64,000 nucleotides of DNA from an archaeon (GTDB taxonomy: Archaea; Nanobdellota; Nanobdellia; SCGC-AAA011-G17; GW2011-AR17): positions 6,463 through 70,462 of the forward strand of contig JBDRRK010000013.1 in the NCBI GenBank assembly GCA_043825775.1. The letters run 5' to 3'. Made by a program: the position numbers and the translations under genes. Shown in pieces: positions 42,872 through 53,479 of this stretch. The notes below the pieces were generated by a model, which saw only the letters and a program-made list of their open reading frames with translations, did not search any database and was not told the origin of the DNA. Numbering within the stretch: position 1 is the first letter of the stretch; each line of letters begins with the position of its first letter.

Positions 42872-43750
42872 TTAAATAGCTTTCTTACTTGTGAAAGCAT
42901 TTGAAAGCATATCTTTTGTGTATCCCATAGGGATTTTTCCTGAATTCGCATATTCATACAATGCAGTATTAAAGATTGAATTTGCAATTGTGAATATCAT
43001 GCCAACTATGATTATATATAACACAAGTAATACAATTAGAACTATTGCTGTTACAAATGCACCTAGGAAAAATGAGATAAAGATAATTACAGCTGTTGGA
43101 ATTAGAACAACTCCTATTACAAGTGATTGTGCCATTCCAAGTCCAAAGTGTCTAACTAATGATTCTCCCCAAGTCTTTCTTAATACTTGAACTGATTTCT
43201 TAATAGCATTAAATGGAGTTAAGTCATCGTAAACCATTGCAGGTACTACAAATATTGTAACAATACTCCAAGTTATTCCTAAAACACCTCTTATAATCAT
43301 TAAGAATATTTTTCCAATGCCTTTTGCATTTCTTGCCATTGATTCTAATACTTTTAGTAAAATTCCTACTGTTGCTGCTAGAAGACTCCACATGAATATT
43401 AAATGTATTTTTGAAAGTGCAAATTTTAATGTTTCCCAAAACTTAGCATCTCCACCTGCAAATCTTTTCTTTGCTGTGTATACTACACATACATTAAAGA
43501 AAGTTGCAATGAATGCTAGACCTAAATATGCTATAAATATTAATAAATATTGTAAGAATCCAAATACAGGTGTTACTGCTTTTGTTAAAAATCCAATGAT
43601 TATTGTTGGAAATAATAAAGCAACTACAAACATTACTGAAAAAGTTGCTGCTAAGATAGGATATAGAATTAATTCCTTATCTTCTTTCATTACATGAAAT
43701 GTAGTTTTTGTAATTTCCCATGAATTCTTAAAAACTGATGTAATTGACAT
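42872..43750 (-). CDS. Multi-pass membrane protein (DUF6159-like)
   Basis: Hydrophobic helices; AIKKS...KTWGE; ALYEYA. Confidence 0.65.
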   Translation of the reverse strand: MSITSVFKNSWEITKTTFHVMKEDKELILYPILAATFSVMFVVALLFPTIIIGFLTKAVTPVFGFLQYLLIFIAYLGLAFIATFFNVCVVYTAKKRFAGGDAKFWETLKFALSKIHLIFMWSLLAATVGILLKVLESMARNAKGIGKIFLMIIRGVLGITWSIVTIFVVPAMVYDDLTPFNAIKKSVQVLRKTWGESLVRHFGLGMAQSLVIGVVLIPTAVIIFISFFLGAFVTAIVLIVLLVLYIIIVGMIFTIANSIFNTALYEYANSGKIPMGYTKDMLSNAFTSKKAI

Positions 43751-43773
43751 AGAATATATGTTTTATTCTATAT

Positions 43774-44043
43774 TTATAAATGTTTTGTTAAGTCTAGACC
43801 AGGTAAAATTCTCCATCCTTCTGGAGCTCTTTCTTCTGATAGAATTGATTCTGTGGGATCTGTTAAGAATAGTTTTCCACCATCTCTATGATACATCTCC
43901 ATCAATACACCCTCTCCAGTAAAAAGATAATGTATTGTAGTTCCATTTTCTCCAACCTCTAGAATTGTTTTATGTGCTTCTAATTCACCACTTGCTAACA
44001 TTTCTTGAAATGGAGCAAATCCTTTATACCTCTCTTCTCCCAT
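43774..44043 (-). CDS. Hypothetical protein
   Basis: Likely start MGEERY at 44043; no motif. Confidence 0.5.
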   Translation of the reverse strand: MGEERYKGFAPFQEMLASGELEAHKTILEVGENGTTIHYLFTGEGVLMEMYHRDGGKLFLTDPTESILSEERAPEGWRILPGLDLTKHL

Positions 44044-44078
44044 TATTTTTCTGCTAATTCTTAAGTTTAAAAGGATTT

Positions 44079-45359
44079 CTAATAGAAAGTAAAATGAGTA
44101 CATATTTCTTTTACTTTTTTATTAATGAACTTTAACTTGGCCTCATTTTTATAATCTCTTATTACTTCTGCTATCCAGTGTCCAATTAAATCCATTTCAT
44201 CTTCCTTCATTCCTCTTGTAGTTAGTACTGGAGTTCCAAGCCTTAATCCAGATGGGTTAAAGGGAGATCCTGGTTCAAAAGGAATTGTATTTGCATTTAA
44301 TATAAGTCCAGCTTGTTCTAGTGCTAATGCCACTGGTTTTCCTAATGATGGTTGTTGCAATGTTTTTACAAGGTCAATTAAAATTAAGTGATTGTCAGTT
44401 CCACCTGAAACCATTTTTATCCCTTCTGTATCTAAGGATGCTGCCAATGCTTTTGCATTTTTTACTATTTGAGAAGCATATTCTTTGAATTCTGGTTGCA
44501 TTGCTTCTTGAAAGCAAACTGCTTTTGCAGCTATTGAATGTTCATGTGGACCACCTTGTAATCCAGGAAAGACTGCCTTGTCTATTTTTTGTGCAAGGTC
44601 TCTTTCTTTTGTTGCTTTTTTCTCTTCCATCCCTTCTGTATTTGCAAGTTTGTCTATTTTTTTTGAAAGTATTATTGCCCCTCTTGGTCCTCTTAATGTT
44701 TTATGAGTTGTTGTTGTAACAACATCTGTAAAGGGTAATGGAGAATCGTGAACTCCTCCAGCTATCAATCCAGCAATGTGTGAAATGTCAGCCATTGAAT
44801 ATGCGTTTACTTCTTCTGCTATTGCATGAAATTCTAAAAAATCAACTTTTCTTGGGTATGCTGTGAATCCAGATAGAATTAGTTTTGGTTTTTCTAGGTA
44901 AGCTAGTTTTCTTATTCTATCCATATCAATAAAACCATCTGGTTCAACTCCATAGTTTACAAAATTGTACATTTTTCCAGAGAAGTTTACTTTTGAACCA
45001 TGAGTTAAGTGGCCACCGTGAGTTAAATCCATTCCAATAATTTTATCTCCTGGGTTTAGCATTGCAAAATAGACAGCCATGTTTGCTGGTGAACCTGAAT
45101 TTACTTGGACGTTTGCATGTTCTGCTCCAAAAAGTTTTTTTGCTCTTTCAATGGCTAGAGTTTCTATCTCATCAATAAATTTATTACCCTGATAGTATCT
45201 TTTATTTGGATAACCTTCTGCATATTTGTTATTTAAAATAGAACCACAAGCCTTTAGAACATCTTCTGAACAGTAGTTTTCAGAGGGAATCATATTTAAT
45301 TCATATCTCTGTCTATATAATTCAGATTCAATTATCCGTTTTACCTCTTCGTCTTTCAT
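44079..45359 (-). CDS. glyA: Serine hydroxymethyltransferase (bacterial type)
   Basis: SEN, YAEGYP, HGGHL, TTTTHKTLRGPRG, GLRLGT. Confidence 0.97.
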   Translation of the reverse strand: MKDEEVKRIIESELYRQRYELNMIPSENYCSEDVLKACGSILNNKYAEGYPNKRYYQGNKFIDEIETLAIERAKKLFGAEHANVQVNSGSPANMAVYFAMLNPGDKIIGMDLTHGGHLTHGSKVNFSGKMYNFVNYGVEPDGFIDMDRIRKLAYLEKPKLILSGFTAYPRKVDFLEFHAIAEEVNAYSMADISHIAGLIAGGVHDSPLPFTDVVTTTTHKTLRGPRGAIILSKKIDKLANTEGMEEKKATKERDLAQKIDKAVFPGLQGGPHEHSIAAKAVCFQEAMQPEFKEYASQIVKNAKALAASLDTEGIKMVSGGTDNHLILIDLVKTLQQPSLGKPVALALEQAGLILNANTIPFEPGSPFNPSGLRLGTPVLTTRGMKEDEMDLIGHWIAEVIRDYKNEAKLKFINKKVKEICTHFTFY

Positions 45360-45804
45360 ATATTACAAACTCAAATTCTTCAAAATCTTTCTTTTCTAGA
45401 ACTATAAAATCCTCTAGATTAAACTCTGGAAAAAGAGAATTACCTTCATAATCTTTCTTAATCCAGGAAATATACATTCTATCCACATAAGGAAGGAATT
45501 GTTTGTAAATTGATGCTCCTCCAATAATAAAAGCATCTTCTTTTAGTTCTAAAATCTGTTGCATACTGCATACTTCTACTCCTTCTTGTGGTTGCATATT
45601 TCTACTTAGAACAATGTTTTTTCTGTTAGGTAATGGTTTTCCTAACATAGAAACAATGGAGTCAAAGGTTTTTCTTCCCATTACTACTGTTTTGTTTAAT
45701 GTTATTTCCTTAAAGTTTTTCAAGTCTTCTGGGATATTCCAAGGTAGGGTATTATCCTTTCCAATTACTCTATTTCTGGTCATTCCAACAATTAGGCTTA
45801 ACAT
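45328..45804 (-). CDS. folA: Dihydrofolate reductase
   Basis: VIG...LPW, DLKNFK, MGRKT, PLPNRKNIVLS, IIGG. Confidence 0.96.
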   Translation of the reverse strand: MLSLIVGMTRNRVIGKDNTLPWNIPEDLKNFKEITLNKTVVMGRKTFDSIVSMLGKPLPNRKNIVLSRNMQPQEGVEVCSMQQILELKEDAFIIGGASIYKQFLPYVDRMYISWIKKDYEGNSLFPEFNLEDFIVLEKKDFEEFEFVIYERRRGKTDN

Positions 45805-45805
45805 T

Positions 45806-47362
45806 TTATACCAAACTTGTCCTTTTTTCGGTTCTTTCTTCTGATTTTAATCTTCCTAATTCTTCATGAACTGTTTCCAATTCTAGATACTTTATCAATA
45901 AAGGATAATTATTTTTCAAAATATTATACATTTTTAGACCAATTCTTCTATAAGATGCATGTGCCATTGGCGTTGTTCTTAATTTGATTAAATAATATGC
46001 TTCTCTTAGATTAAAACTAATCAAAAATCTTTTTCTATAACCTAAAGGTAATAAATATTGTGCTTGTTGAGGATATCTATCTTTTAATTTCTCATATAAT
46101 TGGTTTGCTTTTTCCATAACTTGAGTATATTTTTCTTGAACTCCTGCATTTATAATATCTTCAGGAGTATCATAACTTAAATTGTTTGTAAATAACTGAT
46201 TTGTTTGAGTACAAATCCTATGCCTTTGTAAATCTCTAAATGCACCATAATCCATTACAATATCAAATGTAAAATTTGCATGTTCGAATTCTCTTAAAGG
46301 TGAATCAAATTTACCTCTATGTTTTAAGAAAGTATCTAATATTTTTTCTTTTGATTCTCTTGTTATTAATCTTACTCTTTCTAATATTCTACTATATGAT
46401 TCTTGTTTATACTTGTATAAAATTGCTGCAATAACTCTGTTGTCTGCATCTTCAGGACCATTTACCAAAACTACAGGATCAATATTTGAATTTTCAATTT
46501 CAAATGCTTTTGATAGTTCATTCATATCATTATTAGTATTAATAAAATAATCACTCTTATTAGCATATTTTAATAAGGAAGGTAGGACTTTTTTTCCTTC
46601 TTCTTTCAATGATTCACCAATATAATTCATTTCTTTTAATGGGTGGGAAAGTAATTTGCTAATACCATGGGATAGTTGTCTTGCGTTTACTGTCCATCCT
46701 AAACTTGTTTTTGTACAAGTGGGTAACAAGTATCTTATAGCATCAAATCTTCTAGCTGCACAGGCTCTTTCCCATGCAGGAATTGGAGTATCTTCATTTT
46801 TAGGAGATATTGTTTTTACATAATCTAAAACAGGATTATGCAATTCTAAATAAACCTTAAAAAGAAAATCTAAATATTCTTGTATCTCTGGATAGAACTC
46901 TGAATTCTTTAAATCTTCATCAATAAAAAATGAACTATTATCAAATGAAACATATCTTGTTGATTTTTCAATAAATGAACTTAACCTATTATCTTCAATA
47001 ACTTTTGTAGCTAGTATACTTACTCCTTCCAAACTAAATCCTACAACAGCTCCTTCAGAAACACTTGAATGTCCAAATCCTAAAACCCATTTCTCCATGA
47101 ATTGGATTGCTTTATTGATTGCATGTTGAGAATTTACTCCCCCTTCTGTTTTTTCAATCTCTTCTTTTAACTTTTGAAAATTTTCTGGTTCTTCTTTTAG
47201 TAGTTTTATAAAACTCTCTCTTACTCCTTCTCTAGTTCTACTATACCTAGCTTGCATTAATGCCCATACTTCTGGGTGCATGTTTTTTACAGCAAAAATA
47301 GGCTTGTCTAGATTAGTGAAAAAGAAATTTAATACTATTTTATCATCTTCTGAGTATTCCAT
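45806..47362 (-). CDS. thyX: FAD-dependent thymidylate synthase, tandem-domain form
   Basis: EKSTRY and RDLQRHR motifs in two fused ThyX-like domains; GHSSV. Confidence 0.88.
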   Translation of the reverse strand: MEYSEDDKIVLNFFFTNLDKPIFAVKNMHPEVWALMQARYSRTREGVRESFIKLLKEEPENFQKLKEEIEKTEGGVNSQHAINKAIQFMEKWVLGFGHSSVSEGAVVGFSLEGVSILATKVIEDNRLSSFIEKSTRYVSFDNSSFFIDEDLKNSEFYPEIQEYLDFLFKVYLELHNPVLDYVKTISPKNEDTPIPAWERACAARRFDAIRYLLPTCTKTSLGWTVNARQLSHGISKLLSHPLKEMNYIGESLKEEGKKVLPSLLKYANKSDYFINTNNDMNELSKAFEIENSNIDPVVLVNGPEDADNRVIAAILYKYKQESYSRILERVRLITRESKEKILDTFLKHRGKFDSPLREFEHANFTFDIVMDYGAFRDLQRHRICTQTNQLFTNNLSYDTPEDIINAGVQEKYTQVMEKANQLYEKLKDRYPQQAQYLLPLGYRKRFLISFNLREAYYLIKLRTTPMAHASYRRIGLKMYNILKNNYPLLIKYLELETVHEELGRLKSEERTEKRTSLV

Positions 47363-47441
47363 GCTGGTATTGTATAATATTTAATTTTTAAATATTTGTA
47401 TTATCAAAAGTTATTTAAATTAGAATTGCCCTAGGAGTTAT

Positions 47442-47807
47442 ATGAATTGGGATATAATTGTTGTAATAATAATATTTTTAGTGTATTATATCACTTTATT
47501 TATTGATAGAAAAACAATCATAACTCAACCAAAGGATATTATTATGAAATTTCTTGCAATTGTATTTTTGTTTGCAGGTGTTTCTTTGATTTATTATTCT
47601 ATAACTGGGCAACCTTTACTTGCTGATAATACCCAAAGTTATAATGTATATATCTTTGTAATTGGTTTTATTGCTGTTATGTGGTCATTTCCTTTCTTGA
47701 TGAAGGAGTATAGGTTTTTTAATAGGATTTTCATTAGAAATGAACAAGAGATTAAGTTAAAAAGAAATAATAAAAAGAAAAAAAAGGTTCATAATACTTT
47801 TAAATAG
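47442..47807 (+). CDS. Small membrane protein
   Basis: Three hydrophobic helices and a basic tail. Confidence 0.6.
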   Translation: MNWDIIVVIIIFLVYYITLFIDRKTIITQPKDIIMKFLAIVFLFAGVSLIYYSITGQPLLADNTQSYNVYIFVIGFIAVMWSFPFLMKEYRFFNRIFIRNEQEIKLKRNNKKKKKVHNTFK

Positions 47808-47826
47808 TTCATTCTAAAGCTTGTTG

Positions 47827-48318
47827 ATGGAACCAATATTTCACTTGTTTATTCCTGTATTAATGCTGTTAGCTATCTACCCAAAGTTAAGTAAGAAATA
47901 TATCTTTTGGTTGGCTCCTTTGACAGTAATTCTTGATTTGGATAGATTTATTCCTGGAACACATAGGATGTTTAGCCATAGTATTTTTGTTGCATTATTA
48001 ATTGCTTTAGTATTTTATATTGCATGGGATAAGAAAGCATTTTTTGTATCCTTGTTTTATTTAGGTTCACATTTATTGTTTGATATTGCATATCCTGGAG
48101 TTGCTTTGTTCTATCCTTTCTATAAACAGATGATTTATGTAACTTCAGAGATTATAATGAGAGGATATAAGTTTGATATTAATTTTGGTTTTGGAACTGT
48201 TAATCCTGCTGATTTTGTTCAGGTAGTTGGAGGAGAGAGTAGGGTTTTAACTCTAATAGGGATAGTGATATTAGTTTCTGTTTTAGTTTTATTGTTGTTT
48301 AAGAAGAAGAAAAATTAA
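47827..48318 (+). CDS. Membrane metal-dependent hydrolase (YdjM-like, second copy)
   Basis: FH...DLD...HRMFSHS...SHLLFD. Confidence 0.78.
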   Translation: MEPIFHLFIPVLMLLAIYPKLSKKYIFWLAPLTVILDLDRFIPGTHRMFSHSIFVALLIALVFYIAWDKKAFFVSLFYLGSHLLFDIAYPGVALFYPFYKQMIYVTSEIIMRGYKFDINFGFGTVNPADFVQVVGGESRVLTLIGIVILVSVLVLLLFKKKKN

Positions 48319-48602
48319 CAGTGATATCTTTCTATTTCATCAAAATAATCATTAAGTTCTCTAATTTTATTTGTGTATTCTCTAAGGCCTTCAAGTTCCA
48401 TTGTCAATGAAACATGATAAGCTGTAAGCAAAAGAAGACTTACTTCTCCCATTGCACAAGATATAACTGGAATATAATCCTGAGCCATAACACTTTCAAA
48501 ACCGATCAACCCCATAAATCCAGTGCCTAATCCAAAAATAAAAGGCATGGTGCAAGCATTTATTGTTTGTTCCAAAGGTCTTTTAATTTGTTCTCTTTTC
48601 AT
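48315..48602 (-). CDS. Hypothetical membrane protein
   Basis: Two hydrophobic segments; 4-nt overlap with the gatE stop. Confidence 0.5.
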   Translation of the reverse strand: MKREQIKRPLEQTINACTMPFIFGLGTGFMGLIGFESVMAQDYIPVISCAMGEVSLLLLTAYHVSLTMELEGLREYTNKIRELNDYFDEIERYHC

Positions 48603-50005
48603 TTTAATTTCTTTAATAACTCCATTGCTTTTTTTCCATCAATTTTTCCTTTAAATTTATGCATAACATCTCCCATCAGTCCACCAATAGGAACATTGGG
48701 ATTTTTTTCTATTATTTTCTTTATTTCTAGTTCTAGTTCTTTGTCGTCGATTTCTTGGTATTTATTGATGTTTATATCTTCTCCTTTTAGTCTACTTACA
48801 AGTATGTTTAAAACAGCATTTTTTGGTATTTTTTTCTCTTCAAATAGAGTTAAAACTTCTAAGAAATGTTCTTCTTGTAATTGTGTTGAATCTAGGTTAA
48901 ATCTTTTCTTTATCTCTTTTGGATAATTAACTATTACTTCAGCAATAAAGTTTTTATCTAATTTTATTTTTGTATACTTACTAAAGTCAATATCTTTTGT
49001 TACTAATTCTCTTGCTAATTCTGGTCTTAAGTTATATTTCTGTTCATATCTTAGAACTCTGTCGTCGATAAGTTCTGGAAGTTTTATCTTTAATAATTGT
49101 TCCTTTGTTATTGAAATTGAAGGAATGTCTGTTTCTGGATACATTCTTGCTGAGCCAGGCATTGGTCTAATGAATTCAGTTGTTCCATCTGAATTGAATT
49201 TACGTACATGACTCTTTCCTTCTTTTTCTTTTTGCTGTCTCTTTATTTCATTTTCAATAACTTTTGGCATTAATCTTAATTCTTGAAAACCTTTAATTTC
49301 CACTCGTGGATGACCTTTTATTGAAACATTTACATCTTGACGAATACTCCCTATTCCTCTTTTAACTTTTCCAGTACTTCTTAGAACCATTCCAATTAAT
49401 TGTGCTGTTTCCTTTGCATGTTCTGGATCTTTTATATCTGCTGCTGTTTGTATTTCTATTAAAGGAACTCCTAACCTATCTAGTCTCCAATGTACTGTTT
49501 CATCATCTTCTTTTATTTTCTGTGCTGCTTCTTCTTCTAAGTAGAGGTTTTCAATTCCCACTCTTCCTTTGCTTGTTTCTATGTAACCATCATATCCAAC
49601 TAAGGCTGTTCTTTGGAATCCTGAAACATTTGAACCATCTACTACTGTCTTTCTCATAAATTCTATTTCATCTACAACTTTCATATTAAATAATAAAGCT
49701 ACTTCTAAGGCAGTGTTTAGCGCTTTTATGCTTAGAGAATGTGGTGGTTCTGAATCTGTTTCAACTAAACAGCTTGATGTTGAACAACCTTCATAGAAAT
49801 AAATTCTATCTTTTTTCATTTCAGCTTTTGCAGCTAGATCTGTTTTCCCAAGTTCTCCAGCAATAGCTCTTAACTTTCTGTTAAAGATAATATCAGGTTT
49901 GTTATCATCATGTACAATTGTTGGGCAGTGGCAGAATAGTTTTCTTCCATCTAATTGTTGATGTGCTTCTAATCCTGCTTTGAATCCTAACTCCTTGAAA
50001 TCCAT
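48599..50005 (-). CDS. gatE: Glu-tRNA(Gln) amidotransferase subunit E
   Basis: GLEAHQQL, KLFC, RKTVVDGSNVSGFQRT, DRLGVPLIE, ARMYPETD. Confidence 0.95.
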   Translation of the reverse strand: MDFKELGFKAGLEAHQQLDGRKLFCHCPTIVHDDNKPDIIFNRKLRAIAGELGKTDLAAKAEMKKDRIYFYEGCSTSSCLVETDSEPPHSLSIKALNTALEVALLFNMKVVDEIEFMRKTVVDGSNVSGFQRTALVGYDGYIETSKGRVGIENLYLEEEAAQKIKEDDETVHWRLDRLGVPLIEIQTAADIKDPEHAKETAQLIGMVLRSTGKVKRGIGSIRQDVNVSIKGHPRVEIKGFQELRLMPKVIENEIKRQQKEKEGKSHVRKFNSDGTTEFIRPMPGSARMYPETDIPSISITKEQLLKIKLPELIDDRVLRYEQKYNLRPELARELVTKDIDFSKYTKIKLDKNFIAEVIVNYPKEIKKRFNLDSTQLQEEHFLEVLTLFEEKKIPKNAVLNILVSRLKGEDININKYQEIDDKELELEIKKIIEKNPNVPIGGLMGDVMHKFKGKIDGKKAMELLKKLK

Positions 50006-50077
50006 AAAAATAATATTATTTTTGAGTATTTAAATGTTAAGGAAATATTTATATAGTTGATAAGTTATGTAAGTTAT

Positions 50078-50482
50078 ATGATTAATGATGATATCTCCAA
50101 TAAAATTAGTTTTTTAGAACAAGAGAGAAAATTAATTGTTATTGTTCAAAAACAAATCCAACTTCTCATTTCTCAAGTACAAGAATTGCCAAGATTAGAG
50201 GACAAGCTTTCTGGTATTATAGTTATTGAAAAGGTGTTACTTATGTTTATAAGGGATAAAATTTTCTCATTGCATCCTGTATTTGATATGAGTAGAATGA
50301 GGACAGCTCTAACAATGGTTAGTACAGCAAAAAAACAAATTTTTCAACCAAACTTTGAGGTATATAACAAAAAAATATTTGTACAATTAAAATTTTTAGA
50401 AGTTAATTTGAATAGAAAATTAAAAAAGAATGAAAGTGATATATCTGCATTAAAAAATAGACTTAATATAAGGGTTGCTTAG
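50078..50482 (+). CDS. Hypothetical helical protein
   Basis: ORF between divergent promoters; ATG 50078 preferred. Confidence 0.5.
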   Translation: MINDDISNKISFLEQERKLIVIVQKQIQLLISQVQELPRLEDKLSGIIVIEKVLLMFIRDKIFSLHPVFDMSRMRTALTMVSTAKKQIFQPNFEVYNKKIFVQLKFLEVNLNRKLKKNESDISALKNRLNIRVA

Positions 50483-50517
50483 AAACCTTTATAAATAGTT
50501 TTTAAACTCGTTTTCTT

Positions 50518-51414
50518 ATGAAATGCAAGAAATGTGATAAAGAAGCTCTTGAATCAGGTTTTTGTAGAAATCACTTTGTTGATTATTTAGAAAATAAGAT
50601 TAGAAAGACCATTAGAAAGTATAAATTGTTCAGAAAAGATGATAAAATAGCTGTTGCTGTTTCAGGTGGGAAAGATTCTACTGTTCTACTTTATATTTTG
50701 CATAAATTAGGGTATAATGTTGAAGGGATTACTGTTGATGCAAAGATTGGAAATTATACTAAAGTAAACTTAGAGAATTTAAGATCTGTTTGTAAGAAAC
50801 AGGATATTCCTTTGAAAGAGATTTCATTTAGAGATGAATTTGGGTATAGCTTGTGTTACATTAGGGATGTTTTGAAATCAAAGGGTTATCCTTATAGTTC
50901 CTGTACTATTTGTGGTATTTTGAGAAGATATTTGTTAAATAAACATTCAAAAGGTTTTGATGTTATTGCCACTGGACATAACCTGGATGATGAAAGTCAA
51001 GCATTTTTAATGAATATATTTAGAAATGATTCTGTTGTTGTTAAAAGACAAGGCCCTATTTCAGGAATTGGTGTTAGTAAAGGTTTTGTAAGAAGAGTGA
51101 AACCTTTGTTTGAGGTTATGGAAAAAGAGGTTATTCAATATAGTAAACTGCATGACTTTCCTGTTAATTATGAAGATTGTCCTTGTTCTGTAAATGCTTA
51201 TAGAAAGAATTTTAGAAAGTTTTTAGATGAATTTGAAGAAAAACATCCTGATGTTAAGTATAATATTATGAATTTCTTTATGGAAAATTTTTATGTTTCT
51301 GAAAAGGAAGAAAATATGGATATAAATAAATGTTCTACTTGTGGTGAGCCTGCTTCTAATGAAAAATGTAAGGTTTGTGTTATTTTAGGTGAATTAAAAG
51401 ACCCAAAGCCTTAA
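50518..51414 (+). CDS. ttuA: tRNA 2-thiolation protein (TtuA/Ncs6 family)
   Basis: SGGKDS PP-loop, CTIC, GHNLDD, CPC, terminal Zn fingers. Confidence 0.92.
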   Translation: MKCKKCDKEALESGFCRNHFVDYLENKIRKTIRKYKLFRKDDKIAVAVSGGKDSTVLLYILHKLGYNVEGITVDAKIGNYTKVNLENLRSVCKKQDIPLKEISFRDEFGYSLCYIRDVLKSKGYPYSSCTICGILRRYLLNKHSKGFDVIATGHNLDDESQAFLMNIFRNDSVVVKRQGPISGIGVSKGFVRRVKPLFEVMEKEVIQYSKLHDFPVNYEDCPCSVNAYRKNFRKFLDEFEEKHPDVKYNIMNFFMENFYVSEKEENMDINKCSTCGEPASNEKCKVCVILGELKDPKP

Positions 51415-51438
51415 TAGGCTTAGAATCATACTAATATT

Positions 51439-51939
51439 ATGGCTAAATCAATTGTATGGCGTATACTTCTAAAGCTTATTGCATTGATTGTGTTCTTTGT
51501 TATTATCTTAGTTGCAAATATAGTAGCTATCTTTGTTAATAATCCTTTTTTCAATGTTATTATGAGTTCAATAAATAGTAGTTGGGGTTTGATTTTTATT
51601 ATTGTTTTATTGTTTTTCTTCAAAGAGGTATTTGAAATGTTGCCTTTCCCTTTGAATTTGCCTTATCCTCTGCTTAATGCAGTTGCTACCACAATTTTAA
51701 TCTCATTCCTATTTGATTTAATAGCTTATTCAAATATTATTCCTGATTGGAATAGCTTATTTCCTGTATTGCAATTGATTGTATACCCCTTAGTGATAAT
51801 ACTTATCATCTTTATTGGTTATTTGGATATATTTAGAAAGCAAAAAAGGAAAAAGAAATTACCTAAGTTTAAAAAGCATAGAAAAGTAAAAAGATCTGTA
51901 AAAAAGTCTAGAAAAAAAGTTAAAAAGAAATCAAAGTGA
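51439..51939 (+). CDS. Membrane protein with a very basic C-terminal tail
   Basis: Four hydrophobic helices followed by a K/R-rich tail. Confidence 0.6.
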   Translation: MAKSIVWRILLKLIALIVFFVIILVANIVAIFVNNPFFNVIMSSINSSWGLIFIIVLLFFFKEVFEMLPFPLNLPYPLLNAVATTILISFLFDLIAYSNIIPDWNSLFPVLQLIVYPLVIILIIFIGYLDIFRKQKRKKKLPKFKKHRKVKRSVKKSRKKVKKKSK

Positions 51940-52659
51940 ATAAATTAAACCGTCTTCTATTGGATTTACACAAGAGTCAATGAAATATCTTGTTCCTGTT
52001 TGTGATTGACACATATTGAATGTGTCATCAGGAAATATCCCTCCAATAGTATCAAGAATTAACCAGTTTCCGTTTTCATATTCAATCCAGTTTACTACTT
52101 CTACCCCTTCATACCTTTGTACAATTATTTGTACTTGTTCATCAATTGGTTCATCTAAAGAATTAACATAAGCCACTGTATAAGCATGATCACAAGTTAT
52201 ATCAACTAATATTTTTGAATTAATCCCTGATGATTTTAACATTGAAGCCAGAAGAACTGCTTGAGCTTTTGAATCTCCTTGTTTTGTTTCTAGTGTTACT
52301 GAAATAGATTGTATTGTTCCATTTAATGAATCAGATATTTCCCTAGGATATTCTATGTTATTTGTGACCCAATCAAATATATCTAATGTTTTTATGAAAT
52401 AATCTGTTGAATTTGATACTTAGGGAAGAAATTCATTTGTAAAATCTATTTCAGAGCAGTATTCATCCTTAAAATCTTCTTCTGTTTTTTCTGTTTCAAA
52501 TATTATTTTTTTTGATTCAAGTTCTTGTTTTAATTGAAGCATTTGTTCCAAAGGTTTAATATCTTCTGGTTTTTGAATTGCATCTGGTTTGAATAAAACC
52601 AAAAGAATTATTCCAATTAATGCTATAACAATAATTGCTGTAATTGTATATTTCTTCAT
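51931..52659 (-). pseudogene. Transglutaminase-like membrane-anchored protein interrupted by one in-frame TAA (52420-52422)
   Basis: Frame continues past the stop through DWVTNNIEY...GDSKAQAVLLASML...HAY...LD. Confidence 0.8.
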
Positions 52660-52660
52660 T

Positions 52661-53440
52661 TTATGTACTATAAACTAGCCCTTCTGTAGGTATTTCTACC
52701 TCTGGACAGTTATGAGTTAGTGTTTTTTCAACTCCTTGTTTTAAATTTATATTTCCTTCTTCATCTATGGTGTATTCTGATTTGATTAAATATACCTTAT
52801 CACATTGATTTTCTTCTTGTTTTAATTTTATTTCATAGATTGTTTGTGAATTTTCCCCAGTAATAGAGGATATTGCTTTTACATTATCATTTTTGTAGTT
52901 TTGAAATAAACCTGAATACCATAAAAATTCTACTAATTCTTTTATTTTTTCTTCAGTTCTTTCTCCAGTATAAACTCCAATTATGTTTTCAGCTCCTGAA
53001 TAGGAGCCATATTTCAAATCTCCTAAATAATTGCATTTGAAAACTCTATATAATATAACTGCTTCCTCACTTTCAGTTACTTTAAATTCAAAGAAATTTT
53101 CTTTTTCTTCTGAATTAACCAATTTTCTAACTCTTCCATCAGCAAGATTGTTTTGGTAGATTAAACCTTTTACTTTTGTTCTTTCTTCATTAAATTTGTC
53201 TCCACAATAGAATTCCCAATCAGATAGATTTGTAACACTTCTATAATCCACATCTTCTTCTGGAGATATATCATAATAAAAATTTTCAGGGATCTTACAA
53301 TCTGAATAAGTCAAGTTAATTATTTCATCATCTGTAAAATCTGTTGAATTCTCTGTAATACAAAATTCAGGAGTAAACATCTCTTTTTGCGCACACCCCA
53401 TTATAAATAATAATAGTAAAATTATTAATAACCTCTTCAT
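52661..53440 (-). CDS. Hypothetical lipoprotein
   Basis: Lipobox IMGC after a hydrophobic signal. Confidence 0.7.
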   Translation of the reverse strand: MKRLLIILLLLFIMGCAQKEMFTPEFCITENSTDFTDDEIINLTYSDCKIPENFYYDISPEEDVDYRSVTNLSDWEFYCGDKFNEERTKVKGLIYQNNLADGRVRKLVNSEEKENFFEFKVTESEEAVILYRVFKCNYLGDLKYGSYSGAENIIGVYTGERTEEKIKELVEFLWYSGLFQNYKNDNVKAISSITGENSQTIYEIKLKQEENQCDKVYLIKSEYTIDEEGNINLKQGVEKTLTHNCPEVEIPTEGLVYST

Positions 53441-53479
53441 ATAAATTTTTATTAGTTTAATTATTTAAAAAAGTTTGGA

